Shown here: piece after piece, positions 15,221 to 26,435 of the stretch | How positions within the stretch are numbered: the stretch's first letter is position 1 | Layout: the number at the start of each line of letters is the position of its first letter | NCBI RefSeq assembly: GCF_988243305.1 | Contig: NZ_OZ547136.1 | Length of the DNA stretch: 64,000 nt | Reading direction: 5' to 3' (one strand) | The notes under the pieces: generated by a model | What the model saw: the letters and a program-made list of their open reading frames with translations, nothing else | The model's database searches: none | Told to the model about the DNA's origin: nothing | Program-made: the position numbers and the translations under genes

Positions 15221-15755
15221 CCGGGCTCTGGCGAACAAAATCGCCGCTGCGCGGTACCTTCAGCTTATCCCCTTCGGCTACCGGGTCGGGCGCGAGGTAA
15301 TGTCCTATAAGACGCGCCCTCAGCCCACATCCATGTGGGCTGCCCTGGCCTTCGGGGAACGCTTCAGCGACTTTGACGCCACCAACACCCGAGCTGTTAT
15401 TATGTTCCGGGCAAAAAGTTAGATTTGATAATCGCGGATGGACGAAATTGCTTGATACACCCGCTTATCAGTTTTACATGGAAGCTCTGATGCATTGAGT
15501 CTGGACAGTTTTGTCGGCTGGATAAGGCGTTTACGCGGCATCTGGCAAGAACACATGGCTCGTTGTAAACAATCCCATCTTTGTACCTGGAATAATCGTT
15601 TATATCCCTTGCCATTACCTCTCTTTGTTTACATTCCAACATCATTTTATAAACATTCCGCTTGTATTTTTCTTTGCCGTAATGATAATCGCTATCACTG
15701 CGATTTACTTTTCTTTGCATAGATTGACTCAGAAAAACGTTTAAGGGTGGGTGGC

Positions 15756-16586
15756 ATGTTTGTTCCATTTCTCATTATGTTGCGCGAAGGACTTGAAGCC
15801 GCGCTGATTGTCAGTTTGATTGCCAGCTATCTTAAGCGTACCCAGCGAGGCCGATGGATTGGTGTGATGTGGATTGGCGTGTTGCTTGCCGCTGCGTTGT
15901 GCCTGGGCTTGGGTATCTTCATTAACGAAACCACCGGCGAATTTCCGCAAAAAGAACAGGAACTGTTTGAAGGTATCGTGGCGGTGATCGCCGTGGTGAT
16001 CCTTACCTGGATGGTTTTCTGGATGCGCAAAGTGTCGCGCAACGTCAAAGTACAACTGGAGCAGGCAGTCGATAGCGCATTGCAGCGTGGGAATCATCAT
16101 GGCTGGGCGCTGGTGATGATGGTCTTTTTTGCCGTTGCAAGGGAGGGGCTGGAGTCGGTCTTTTTCCTGCTGGCGGCGTTTCAACAAGATGTCGGGATCT
16201 GGCCGCCGCTGGGTGCAATGCTCGGTCTTGCTACAGCCGTGGTGCTCGGCTTCCTGCTCTACTGGGGCGGTATTCGCCTCAATCTTGGTGCATTTTTTAA
16301 ATGGACCAGCCTGTTTATTCTCTTCGTCGCCGCAGGGCTGGCGGCTGGTGCCATTCGCGCATTTCATGAAGCCGGATTGTGGAACCACTTTCAGGAAATC
16401 GCCTTCGATATGAGCGCGGTGCTCTCAACTCACTCGCTGTTTGGCACGCTGATGGAAGGGATTTTTGGCTATCAGGAAGCGCCGAGCGTCAGCGAAGTCG
16501 CCGTCTGGTTTATTTATCTCATCCCGGCGCTGGTGGCATTTGCTCTGCCACCACGCGCAGGGGCGACAGCGTCTCGCTCCGCGTAA
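15756..16586 (+). CDS. efeU: Ferrous iron permease EfeU (FTR1 family), apparently intact
   Basis: Uninterrupted ORF 15747..16586 with REGLE motifs; start placed at MFVPFLIM. Confidence 0.8.
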   Translation: MFVPFLIMLREGLEAALIVSLIASYLKRTQRGRWIGVMWIGVLLAAALCLGLGIFINETTGEFPQKEQELFEGIVAVIAVVILTWMVFWMRKVSRNVKVQLEQAVDSALQRGNHHGWALVMMVFFAVAREGLESVFFLLAAFQQDVGIWPPLGAMLGLATAVVLGFLLYWGGIRLNLGAFFKWTSLFILFVAAGLAAGAIRAFHEAGLWNHFQEIAFDMSAVLSTHSLFGTLMEGIFGYQEAPSVSEVAVWFIYLIPALVAFALPPRAGATASRSA

Positions 16587-16643
16587 CAAATACGACGCAA
16601 ACTCTTGCTTAGTTACAACATACTTTAAAGGGATAGTCTCGTC

Positions 16644-17771
16644 ATGACCATTAACTTCCGCCGTAACGCATTGCAGTTTAGCGTGGCTGCGCTGTTCTCT
16701 TCTGCTTTTATGGCTAACGCCGCTGATATTCCGCAGGTCAAAGTCACTGTGACAGATAAACAGTGCGAACCGATGACCATTACGGTTAACGCCGGGAAAA
16801 CACAGTTCATTATTCAGAACCACAGCCAGAAGGCGCTGGAGTGGGAGATCCTCAAAGGCGTGATGGTGGTGGAAGAGCGGGAAAATATCGCCCCTGGTTT
16901 TAGCCAGAAAATGACGGCGAATTTACAGCCTGGCGAATACGATATGACCTGCGGTCTGCTGACTAACCCGAAAGGGAAGTTGATCGTCAAAGGTGAGGCA
17001 ACGGCGGATGCGGCGCAAAGTGATGCGCTGTTAAGTCTTGGTGGTGCAATTACTGCATATAAAGCGTATGTCATGGCGGAAACCACACAGCTGGTGACCG
17101 ACACCAAAGCCTTTACCGACGCGATTAAAGCAGGCGATATCGAAAAAGCGAAAGCACTGTATGCACCGACGCGCCAGCACTATGAGCGCATTGAACCGAT
17201 TGCTGAATTGTTCTCCGATCTGGATGGCAGCATTGACGCCCGTGAAGATGATTACGAGCAAAAAGCCGCCGATCCGAAATTCACCGGTTTCCACCGTCTG
17301 GAAAAAGCATTGTTTGGCGACAACACCACCAAAGGGATGGATAAGTACGCTGACCAGCTTTATACCGATGTGGTCGATTTGCAAAAACGCATCAGTGAAC
17401 TGGCTTTCCCACCTTCAAAAGTGGTCGGCGGTGCAGCCGGACTGATTGAGGAAGTGGCAGCCAGCAAAATCAGCGGTGAAGAAGATCGCTACAGCCACAC
17501 CGATCTGTGGGATTTCCAGGCTAACGTTGAAGGCTCGCAGAAAATTGTCGATCTACTGCGTCCACAACTGCAAAAAGCCAACCCGGAACTGTTGGCAAAA
17601 GTCGATGCCAACTTTAAAAAGGTCGATACCATTCTGGCGAAATACCGTACTAAAGACGGTTTTGAAACCTACGACAAATTGACCGATGCCGACCGGAATG
17701 CACTGAAAGGACCGATTACTGCGCTGGCGGAAGATCTGGCGCAACTTCGCGGTGTGCTGGGACTGGATTAA
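16644..17771 (+). CDS. efeO: Periplasmic iron uptake protein EfeO
   Basis: 375-aa ORF with signal peptide, in efeUOB order. Confidence 0.85.
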   Translation: MTINFRRNALQFSVAALFSSAFMANAADIPQVKVTVTDKQCEPMTITVNAGKTQFIIQNHSQKALEWEILKGVMVVEERENIAPGFSQKMTANLQPGEYDMTCGLLTNPKGKLIVKGEATADAAQSDALLSLGGAITAYKAYVMAETTQLVTDTKAFTDAIKAGDIEKAKALYAPTRQHYERIEPIAELFSDLDGSIDAREDDYEQKAADPKFTGFHRLEKALFGDNTTKGMDKYADQLYTDVVDLQKRISELAFPPSKVVGGAAGLIEEVAASKISGEEDRYSHTDLWDFQANVEGSQKIVDLLRPQLQKANPELLAKVDANFKKVDTILAKYRTKDGFETYDKLTDADRNALKGPITALAEDLAQLRGVLGLD

Positions 17772-17776
17772 ACGTT

Positions 17777-19048
17777 ATGCAGTATAAAGATGAAAACGGC
17801 GTGAATGAACCGTCACGCCGACGTTTACTGAAAGGGATTGGTGCACTGGCGCTGGCGGGAAGTTGTCCGGTCGCTCATGCACAAAAAACGCAAAGTGCGC
17901 CGGGTACGCTTTCACCGTATGCACGCAATGAGAAACAGCCGTTTTATGGTGAGCATCAGGCAGGGATCCTGACACCACAACAGGCTGCAATGATGCTGGT
18001 GGCGTTTGATGTGCTTGCCAGCGATAAAGCCGATCTTGAACGGTTGTTTCGCTTGTTGACTCAGCGTTTTGCTTTTCTGACTCAGGGCGGAGCGGCACCA
18101 GAAACGCCAAATCCGCGCCTGCCACCACTCGATTCCGGCATTCTTGGCGGCTACATTGCGCCCGATAATCTCACCATCACGTTATCGGTGGGTCACTCAT
18201 TGTTTGATGAGCGCTTTGGCCTTGCGCCACAGATGCCAAAAAAGTTGCAGAAGATGACGCGTTTCCCTAATGACTCGCTGGATGCGGCGTTATGTCATGG
18301 TGATGTGTTGCTACAAATTTGCGCCAACACCCAGGATACGGTGATCCATGCGCTGCGCGATATCATCAAACACACGCCGGATTTGCTCAGTGTGCGCTGG
18401 AAGCGGGAAGGGTTTATTTCCGATCACGCGGCGCGTAGTAAAGGCAAAGAGACGCCGATAAATTTGCTGGGTTTCAAAGACGGCACTGCCAATCCCGATA
18501 GCCAGAATGATAAGTTGATGCAACAAGTGGTGTGGGTGACGGCAGATCAGCAGGAGCCTGCGTGGACAATCGGCGGCAGCTACCAGGCGGTGCGGTTGAT
18601 TCAGTTTCGGGTGGAGTTTTGGGACAGAACGCCACTGAAAGAACAGCAGACGATTTTTGGTCGCGACAAACAAACCGGTGCGCCGCTGGGAATGCAGCAT
18701 GAGCATGATGTTCCCGATTACGCCAGCGATCCGGAGGGGAAGGTGATTGCGCTGGACAGCCATATCCGGCTGGCGAATCCCCGCACGCCAGAGAGTGAGT
18801 CCAGCCTGATGCTGCGTCGTGGCTACAGTTATTCGTTGGGCGTCACCAACTCCGGACAACTGGATATGGGGCTACTGTTTGTCTGTTACCAACACGATCT
18901 GGAAAAAGGCTTCCTGACAGTACAAAAAAGGCTCAATGGCGAAGCGCTGGAGGAATACGTTAAACCTATCGGCGGCGGTTATTTTTTTGCGCTGCCGGGG
19001 GTGAAGGACACGAACGATTATCTGGGAAGGGCGCTATTACAGGTTTGA
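17777..19048 (+). CDS. efeB: Dyp-type peroxidase EfeB (Tat-secreted)
   Basis: 423-aa ORF with twin-arginine signal (SRRRLLKG). Confidence 0.85.
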   Translation: MQYKDENGVNEPSRRRLLKGIGALALAGSCPVAHAQKTQSAPGTLSPYARNEKQPFYGEHQAGILTPQQAAMMLVAFDVLASDKADLERLFRLLTQRFAFLTQGGAAPETPNPRLPPLDSGILGGYIAPDNLTITLSVGHSLFDERFGLAPQMPKKLQKMTRFPNDSLDAALCHGDVLLQICANTQDTVIHALRDIIKHTPDLLSVRWKREGFISDHAARSKGKETPINLLGFKDGTANPDSQNDKLMQQVVWVTADQQEPAWTIGGSYQAVRLIQFRVEFWDRTPLKEQQTIFGRDKQTGAPLGMQHEHDVPDYASDPEGKVIALDSHIRLANPRTPESESSLMLRRGYSYSLGVTNSGQLDMGLLFVCYQHDLEKGFLTVQKRLNGEALEEYVKPIGGGYFFALPGVKDTNDYLGRALLQV

Positions 19049-19058
19049 ACGACGCAAA

Positions 19059-19153
19059 TATGCCCGATGCGCAGGTTTATCGGGCATGAGTTTGGTGCAC
19101 AAATTATTAATCACTTGTAGGTCGGGTAAGGCGTTCACGCCGCATCCGGCAAG
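19059..19153. repeat. REP-like palindromic units downstream of efeB
   Basis: Hairpin atgcccgat...atcgggcat, then a REP-like gtaggtcgggtaaggcgttcacgccgcatccggcaag. Confidence 0.5.
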
Positions 19154-19370
19154 CTTTTACCAGTACTGCGAATCCTGCTGAAAGCACACAGCTTTTTTCA
19201 TCTCTGTCATCACTCTGTCATCTTTCCAGTAGAAACTAATGTCACCGAAATGGGTGTTTATCGTTAAATATAAGTGAATATATTGTTGCAATGAATGCGA
19301 GATCTGTTGTACTTATTAAGTAGCAGCGGAAGTTCCCGGCAGTGATAGTCAGTCACTATGGAGATCGCGG

Positions 19371-20435
19371 ATGGTAACGTCCTGTACTGGACATGTTTTA
19401 GATAATCAGCGCGCCACCACTCGCGGAGATTTCTCCTCCGGTAGTCATCTCGTCACTTTGTATTTTCAACCTCATCCTTTCTTTTCATGTGTTACCGACG
19501 CCGTAAACGGTGCGCGTAGCCGTTTTTCGGCATTTTATCCAAAAGCAAACTATGGCTTACAAGGAAGCCAACCCTCTGATGTTCGTGCGCATAATCGCGC
19601 TGCCAACGGCGCGTGTGATGAATACAAACAACTCAAGGTGCTCTCCATGGGAAGACAAAAAGCAGTGATCAAAGCTCGTCGCGAGGCAAAACGTGTGCTG
19701 AGACGGGATTCGCGCAGCCATAAGCAGCGTGAAGAAGAATCGGTCACCTCGCTTGTGCAGATGAGCGGCGTAGAAGCCATTGGTATGGCCCGCGACAGTC
19801 GCGATACCTCGCCCATCCTCGCGCGAAATGAAGCGCAATTGCACTATCTGAAGGCTATTGAGAGTAAGCAGCTGATATTCGCCACGGGCGAAGCCGGGTG
19901 CGGAAAAACCTGGATCAGCGCAGCAAAAGCGGCAGAGGCCCTGATACATAAGGATGTCGACAGGATTATCGTCACCCGTCCAGTTCTGCAAGCCGATGAA
20001 GATCTTGGCTTCTTACCTGGAGATATCGCAGAAAAGTTTGCTCCCTATTTTCGTCCGGTCTACGACGTGCTGGTCCGGCGCTTAGGGGCTTCCTTTATGC
20101 AGTACTGCCTGCGACCGGAAATAGGGAAGGTGGAAATTGCGCCGTTCGCCTATATGCGTGGACGTACCTTTGAAAATGCAGTCGTCATTCTTGACGAGGC
20201 GCAGAATGTGACTGCCGCGCAAATGAAAATGTTTTTAACCCGCCTCGGGGAGAACGTGACGGTTATCGTCAACGGTGATATCACGCAATGCGATTTGCCT
20301 CGCGGCGTGCGCTCCGGATTAAGTGACGCGCTGGAACGTTTCGAAGAAGATGAAATGGTCGGGATCGTCCGATTCGGTAAAGAGGATTGCGTACGTTCGG
20401 CACTTTGCCAACGTACGCTACATGCATACAGTTAA
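19371..20435 (+). CDS. phoH: PhoH, phosphate-starvation-inducible ATPase
   Basis: 354-aa ORF with Walker A GEAGCGKT. Confidence 0.85.
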   Translation: MVTSCTGHVLDNQRATTRGDFSSGSHLVTLYFQPHPFFSCVTDAVNGARSRFSAFYPKANYGLQGSQPSDVRAHNRAANGACDEYKQLKVLSMGRQKAVIKARREAKRVLRRDSRSHKQREEESVTSLVQMSGVEAIGMARDSRDTSPILARNEAQLHYLKAIESKQLIFATGEAGCGKTWISAAKAAEALIHKDVDRIIVTRPVLQADEDLGFLPGDIAEKFAPYFRPVYDVLVRRLGASFMQYCLRPEIGKVEIAPFAYMRGRTFENAVVILDEAQNVTAAQMKMFLTRLGENVTVIVNGDITQCDLPRGVRSGLSDALERFEEDEMVGIVRFGKEDCVRSALCQRTLHAYS

Positions 20436-20453
20436 GTGTATTATCGGCGCAGA

Positions 20454-20482
20454 GCCCGGGCGAACCGGGCTTTGTTTTATTT
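20454..20482 (+). terminator. Putative rho-independent terminator of phoH
   Basis: gcccggg-cgaa-cccgggc hairpin followed by tttgttttattt. Confidence 0.55.
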
Positions 20483-20997
20483 CATTAACAGCAAAGACTT
20501 TCACTTCAGGTTAACGTTCTGGGGGGCGACTTTGAGCGTGTTGATAAGCTGAAATGAATTCTGGTTTAGATACTTTTACCAGGCATTTTTCGTCATAGCA
20601 CGCGACCAATGTAATGCCGCCAGCGCGGAGAGTTTTTTGCCTATCTTTTTCCAGCCATTCAACCTGTACAGGAGGTCTGGTGCCAATTTTGCGTATGAGG
20701 TTTAATCAACAATGGGCCAAAATTTGACTGACTGATTAACACCGAATATATTCTCCTGATTTTATTTTTTAGGGATAATATTAAAAATATAAGGTTAATC
20801 TTAATTAAATTTTTGGCTAATATTGTGTGTTGTTATTTTTTGTGGACGGCAAGCCGCAATGGCAAAATAGGTATGGTTGTAATAATCAAAACATGATACT
20901 AACTATATATAGATCGTTGAATTGTTGGCATGTAACTCGCTACAGCGAGTAGCGTTAGTAATGAAATATAATCAACATGGATAGGTGAAGATTAATT

Positions 20998-21684
20998 ATG
21001 AGCTTTATGGTTTTTGTAACTTGTTTGACAATTGCATTTGTCGCCGGTTTTGCTGTTGCCAGAAAATTGACACTCCGAAAAGTTGCCTCATCGGTAATCA
21101 TCACTAGATCGCAACCAGTCCCTTCCTCTGCAACTTCCCCTGCTGCTAAGGCGTCGACAAGGAGCTATACACCGCAGAAAACCTATCGTGACTCTCGTTG
21201 GCAAGAACGAGATGAGTTGTTCCAGGGAATGGTTGCCGAAGGTATTTTATTGGAAGGAAAAGAGTGGTTAATTACGCGTTGTGAAAAAATTTATTTTGAT
21301 AATCTGGAGAAATGGTTTGGACATTCTTGTCATATCCATTGCCAGGTCTCTCTGGGGCGCTTGATCAACTTTCCAGAACAACCCGAGTTTAGCGAAGAAG
21401 AAAGAAAGCGTTTCTTTGCAATTTATAATGGAATGGCAATGGATTATGTTCTGGTTTCAAAGAAGAACAATAAAATAGTCTGTGTTATTGAGCTGGATGA
21501 GCCGAGTCATGAAAGGGCAGATCGCATTATTCGTGACCGTTGGTTGAATACGATTATGACTATTGCACGGGTGCCTTTTGTACGAGCTTCTGTCACTAAA
21601 TTGGATGAAATCCCTCCGGTCTGGGATACCCGTGACAAAATTCGCCCATTAGCCGCGGCGACAAAGGGTGAACCGTTGCATTAA
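20998..21684 (+). CDS. Membrane-anchored DUF2726-like protein
   Basis: 228-aa ORF with N-terminal TM helix and a C-terminal region that I read as DUF2726-like (NFPEQPEF ... VIELDEPSHE); AT-rich promoter region upstream. Confidence 0.55.
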   Translation: MSFMVFVTCLTIAFVAGFAVARKLTLRKVASSVIITRSQPVPSSATSPAAKASTRSYTPQKTYRDSRWQERDELFQGMVAEGILLEGKEWLITRCEKIYFDNLEKWFGHSCHIHCQVSLGRLINFPEQPEFSEEERKRFFAIYNGMAMDYVLVSKKNNKIVCVIELDEPSHERADRIIRDRWLNTIMTIARVPFVRASVTKLDEIPPVWDTRDKIRPLAAATKGEPLH

Positions 21685-21691
21685 CTAAGTA

Positions 21692-21969
21692 CCCCGGTCA
21701 GGGCTTCTCATCTCCCCCGGTGTGTGCAATATACGAAAAAAAAGCCCGTACCTTCGTACGAGCTCTTCTTTAAAGATGGCGGTGAGGGGGGATTGACTCG
21801 CTTCGCTCGCCCTGCGGGCAGCCCGCTCACTGCGTTCACGGTCTGTCCAACTGGCTGTCGCCAGTTGTCGAACCCCGGTCGGGGCTTCTCATCCCCCTGT
21901 GTGTGCAATATACGAAAAAAAAGCCCGTACCTTCGTACGAGCTCTTCTTTAAAGATGGCGGTGAGGGGG
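21692..21969. repeat. Two ~99-bp near-identical direct repeats separated by ~81 bp
   Basis: Copies at ~21692–21790 and ~21872–21969; on the minus strand each carries a stem-loop followed by T8. Confidence 0.6.
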
Positions 21970-22129
21970 ACCGCCTGAAATAAATCTGACTTAATCCAGG
22001 GGTGTTATATAATTTCATTATAAACAATGTATTACACTTTTTGTTGTCCGATATTATCTAATGTATTCTTAGTGAAGCGAGAGACTAATGGCATACTGGA
22101 TGGCATACCAGAGTGACGGGAATTAGCGT

Positions 22130-23332
22130 ATGGCAGTATTGACGGATACGAAAGCAAGACATATCAAACCTGATGACAAACCATTGCCCCATGGGGGAAT
22201 TACCGGACTGACCCTTCATCCTTCTTCAGTAAAGGGGCGGGGGAAATGGGTTTTTCGTTATGTAAGTCCGGTGACACAAAAAAGACGTAATGCTGGATTG
22301 GGAACTTACCCAGAGGTCAGTATTGCTGAAGCTGCACGTACTGCCCGGATAATGCGAGAGCAACTTGCTGCAGGTGATGATCCTCTGGAGATTAAAAAGG
22401 CTGAATCTGAGAAAGTCGCTATCCCAACATTTGCCGATGCAGCCAGGCGTGTACATGCAGAACTGTCTCCTGGATGGGAAAATCCAAAGCATGTAAGGCA
22501 GTGGTTATCGACGCTTGAGAATTACGCGTTTCCTCAACTGGGAGCAAAAACGCTGGATTCGATTACGGCTGCGGACGTGGCAGAAACACTGCGTCCAGTC
22601 TGGTTAACCTTATCAGAAACGGCAAGCCGGGTTAAACAGCGCATTCATGTTGTTATGCAGTGGGGATGGGCGCACGGTTTTTGTGTAGCAAATCCTGTTG
22701 ATGTGGTTGACCATTTGCTTCCTCAGCAGACAAGAGGACGTGATGAACACCAACCCGCAATGCCCTGGAGGCAGTTACCGCTTTTTGTGGCGACCAGTGT
22801 GTATACCGATGAACCTTATAATGTTACCCGCGCACTGTTATTAATGGTGATACTTACAGCAACTCGCTCGGGCGAAGCCAGGGGAATGCGCTGGGCTGAA
22901 ATTGATTTTCATAAGCGGGTATGGACTATACCTGCAGAAAGAATGAAAGCTAGGCTACAGCATCGTGTTCCTTTATCCCGGCAGGCTATTTACATTCTGG
23001 AAAATATACGTGGCCTGCATGATGAACTGGTGTTCCCTTCACCCAGAAAGCAGCAGATCCTTTCCGATATGGTGTTGACAAGTTTTCTGCGTAAAAAGAA
23101 AGCCGTCAGTGACATTCCGGGGCGAGTTGCCACGGCACATGGTTTTCGCTCAACATTCAGGGACTGGTGTAGCGAACAGGGGTATTCGCGGGATCTGGCG
23201 GAAAGGGCGCTCGCTCATACGCTGAAAAATAAGGTTGAGGCGGCATATCATCGTACTGATCTACTGGAGCAGCGTGTACCGATGATGCAGGCATGGGCGG
23301 ATTATGTGATGTCTCAAATTGTGAATAAATAA
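22130..23332 (+). CDS. P4-type tyrosine integrase
   Basis: 400-aa ORF with arm-binding-type N-terminus and C-terminal catalytic region (HGFRSTF ... LAH ... Y) as in P4/CP4-57-type integrases. Confidence 0.85.
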   Translation: MAVLTDTKARHIKPDDKPLPHGGITGLTLHPSSVKGRGKWVFRYVSPVTQKRRNAGLGTYPEVSIAEAARTARIMREQLAAGDDPLEIKKAESEKVAIPTFADAARRVHAELSPGWENPKHVRQWLSTLENYAFPQLGAKTLDSITAADVAETLRPVWLTLSETASRVKQRIHVVMQWGWAHGFCVANPVDVVDHLLPQQTRGRDEHQPAMPWRQLPLFVATSVYTDEPYNVTRALLLMVILTATRSGEARGMRWAEIDFHKRVWTIPAERMKARLQHRVPLSRQAIYILENIRGLHDELVFPSPRKQQILSDMVLTSFLRKKKAVSDIPGRVATAHGFRSTFRDWCSEQGYSRDLAERALAHTLKNKVEAAYHRTDLLEQRVPMMQAWADYVMSQIVNK

Positions 23333-23518
23333 TAGTGAAAATGTATATTGTACGATCATGATTTGATATGTGATCGTAGCAGTAGTAATTAAGAAACCGC
23401 TTTTATGTCAAATGTATTGAGCTGATAATTATCAGATCGTCAGGAAAGCGTATTTTGATTAACAGGGGATTACTTAACAATCCCCTTTTTATAAAAAATA
23501 ATTTGCCTGTTTAACTCT

Positions 23519-25336
23519 TCACTCCTGCTGAGACTGAATTATTCCTAGTGCGTCATAAATCAGTCTTCTGCGTAGTTTATTGTTTTTATCTGCACCATAT
23601 AACATAAATATATTTTCAACTTTTTCTTCAGGTGTTCTGAGATAATGGATAAGAAAGGTTATCATTCCAACACAATGGAATAAAGTGAATCCATCAAACA
23701 GGCTTATCAGGTTTCCTTTTTTTTCCCGTGTTGTAAGTATTTTTTCGCGGGTAAGAATATTTGCCAGTTCATGGGGGGCTGATATGTTTCTGCTGTCTAT
23801 AATGTCATTTATTTTACCAAGGGCTATATCAACTTCCTGTAATAGGTTATTTATCATAGCTGAGTGAATGTTATTGGTTTCATGTTCCTGACAGTTTATG
23901 AACTTATAAATCATTGAGTTATACAGAAATATTACTCTTCCTAATAAATATGTGTTTGTGTCATTTTGAAGACAGGACTCTGGGTATTCGTGATCCAGTG
24001 AAATAAGGTTAATGGACTCGCCCTGATAAGTCATAAAATAATTGATGTCATTTAATAATGCTCGGATATTTACATGATTTTTACTGAATTTTATTTTAAA
24101 TGCTATCTTTAGTATAGCAAACGCGGCAATGATAAATCCAAAAGGTAATTTCTCATAGTTCAGTTTATTGATGGTGCGATGAACACTTTCAGTCTTTCCT
24201 GAAGTAAGTTGTCTCAAACAGTTAACAAATTCTGTATAGCCATTTAAGACATAATGGCATGAAGAATCTTTTAAAGAGTTTTCTATGTTTTGTAATGTGA
24301 CGCCGTTGTTCAATGTATAAATGTAACCGCCAAAGACAATGTTTTCAATCTCAACGACACAATTTATTGTTTTTTGTTCAGGATAAAGATAAATATCAGA
24401 AATACTATAGTCTCGTATTGCGTCAATGGCATCCCACGATAATGCACTGTCAATTTTCAGTGTATAAAATGGTGAGTTCTCATTAGGAAAGTAATATATG
24501 TATTTGTTCAGTATATTCATTACATCTATTGGGTTGGTTAAATATAATAACTGGCATTCATATTCTGAAACTTCTCTTTCGCTTATCAGCATTTTATATA
24601 AAGTTGCCAGGGTGCTTGTTAATGAAGTTCGTCTTTCGAAAGCCAGTAATATAGTGAGATAATAACATGCAACCTGAACTTTATCTAAGTCAGAAATTAT
24701 TTTTTCCTTGTCTTCATTACTTAAATAAAGCAGATGTTTACAGGTTTCTTTGCATGTGTTGATAGTTGCGATAAGTTTTGTTTTTCCTGGTGTACTGTTT
24801 TTGCGAATATTACGAATGAATTCATATACGCCATCAAAGATATCTTTGAAATGCGCATTCGCTGGCGTGTATCCGGATAAACATAACTTAACGTAATTTC
24901 GCAGATATGTCCTTGCAGCATGATATATATCATCCTCATTATCCGGTATCTGAGTGAGAAAAGAATGAATATGATAGTAAAATGCCATCTCATTATCCGG
25001 GCGATATGTGTTCCTGATGTCGAGTGCGAGAATCATTGGTACAATGTCATTAAAATATTTTTGTTTTATTATTTGATGTGTTTTGTCTGTAAAAACAGAA
25101 TAGTGCATTAGCTTAACATAGAGATCTTCATATCTCCTAAATATAACTTTTCGTTGTTCTTTACTCAATACTTGTTCTTTATCAATAATGTTTATTAATT
25201 CATCAAACATGTCGCCCAGTGAATGTTGATGTGAGGAAAAATTTTTAATATTTCGGATGTCACGGCTATTCTGGTTTTTAGCCAGAACACCAAAACATGA
25301 AAAGACATCATACATTATAGTGATAAAATTATACAT
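23519..25336 (-). CDS. Hypothetical 605-aa orphan protein, strongly AT-rich
   Basis: Long uninterrupted ORF with no motif I recognise, directly downstream of the integrase. Confidence 0.6.
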   Translation of the reverse strand: MYNFITIMYDVFSCFGVLAKNQNSRDIRNIKNFSSHQHSLGDMFDELINIIDKEQVLSKEQRKVIFRRYEDLYVKLMHYSVFTDKTHQIIKQKYFNDIVPMILALDIRNTYRPDNEMAFYYHIHSFLTQIPDNEDDIYHAARTYLRNYVKLCLSGYTPANAHFKDIFDGVYEFIRNIRKNSTPGKTKLIATINTCKETCKHLLYLSNEDKEKIISDLDKVQVACYYLTILLAFERRTSLTSTLATLYKMLISEREVSEYECQLLYLTNPIDVMNILNKYIYYFPNENSPFYTLKIDSALSWDAIDAIRDYSISDIYLYPEQKTINCVVEIENIVFGGYIYTLNNGVTLQNIENSLKDSSCHYVLNGYTEFVNCLRQLTSGKTESVHRTINKLNYEKLPFGFIIAAFAILKIAFKIKFSKNHVNIRALLNDINYFMTYQGESINLISLDHEYPESCLQNDTNTYLLGRVIFLYNSMIYKFINCQEHETNNIHSAMINNLLQEVDIALGKINDIIDSRNISAPHELANILTREKILTTREKKGNLISLFDGFTLFHCVGMITFLIHYLRTPEEKVENIFMLYGADKNNKLRRRLIYDALGIIQSQQE

Positions 25337-25476
25337 AACATTCTCCTTTTATTGCACTATATAAAATTTTAACATTATATCATTTTGCTTTTCTGTTAAC
25401 TGGTTTTCATTTTTGAATCAATATTTTCTGAACAGGGTAATAGTACACGTATTAACAGATTATGTCAGAAGGCCCC

Positions 25477-26239
25477 GGTGATGCCTTCTGACGATAGATT
25501 AATGTTGTATTCTATTGGTATCTGGAGACCATATGGCAACAGTTACAGTATATTCTCCCCGCTGTAATTCCTATAAAGTGTACCGTTATGATCACAGCAC
25601 CTCAGATCATGAGCGTTTCCAGTGCTAATCCTGCAAACGTGTATTTCAACTGAATTACATCTACGAAACCCGAAAACCAGGCATTAAAGAGCAAATTGTT
25701 GAAATGGTTCATAACGGAGCCGGGGGTCGCGATAGCTCCAGAACGCTGAAGGTGGATATCAACACCGTCATTCTCACTTTAAAAAACGCTCACCACGTAA
25801 AGTAACCATATCTCCAGCCGCCAGTGTCGATGTGGCACTTATCTGTGAACTTGATGAACAATGGAGTTTTGTCGAAAACAAAGCTCGTCAGCAGTGGCAC
25901 TGGTACGCGTATAAGACCAAAGCTGACGGTGTGCTGGCTTACACTTTTGGTCCTCGCACTGATGAAACATGCCGTGAGTTGCCGGAATTCCTGAAGCCAT
26001 TCTCCGCAGGCATGATAACCAGAGACAACCGGAGCAGTTATACCAGAGAAATGCCACAGGATAAGCATCTTGTCGGCAAGATATTTACCCGGCGCATTGA
26101 GCGCAACAATCTGACACTTCGTACTCACATCAAACGACCTGCCCGGAAAACGATTTGCTTTTTACGCTCCCTGGAAATTCACGAAAAGCCATTGGTTCAT
26201 TTATCGAAAACACATGTACTACTGACAGGAGTCATTACC
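25477..26239 (+). mobile_element. IS1-family element, divergent and degenerate
   Basis: IS1-like terminal inverted repeats (ggtgatgcc ... ggagtcattacc); InsA-like and InsB-like reading frames (ICELDEQW ... RIERNNL) broken by stop codons. Confidence 0.6.
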
Positions 26240-26435
26240 AGGGCCTCTTTTGCTGTTTTTTTGCCATGAATGATAATGAGAATCGACAGCGATAAGGGAA
26301 AAGTAAAATAACACTAATGCTGTCGTTTTCTATCATATTGATTTTTAATTATTTATTGTCTTTTTTCTCAACCCATTTTTTTACGCAGACAAATTTACCC
26401 GGGGAATACAAACTGTAACGACAGTTCACCACACT

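Noticed and set aside
15741-16388. 215-aa minus-strand ORF overlapping efeU
   Set aside because: Antisense to the intact permease ORF, with low-complexity His/Gln-rich composition.
18311-18859. 182-aa minus-strand ORF inside efeB
   Set aside because: Antisense to the peroxidase gene.
21708-22027. Small ORFs (63–84 aa) across the 99-bp repeat units
   Set aside because: They are produced by the repeated sequence itself, so the peptides are repeat-derived; the element is better explained as non-coding.
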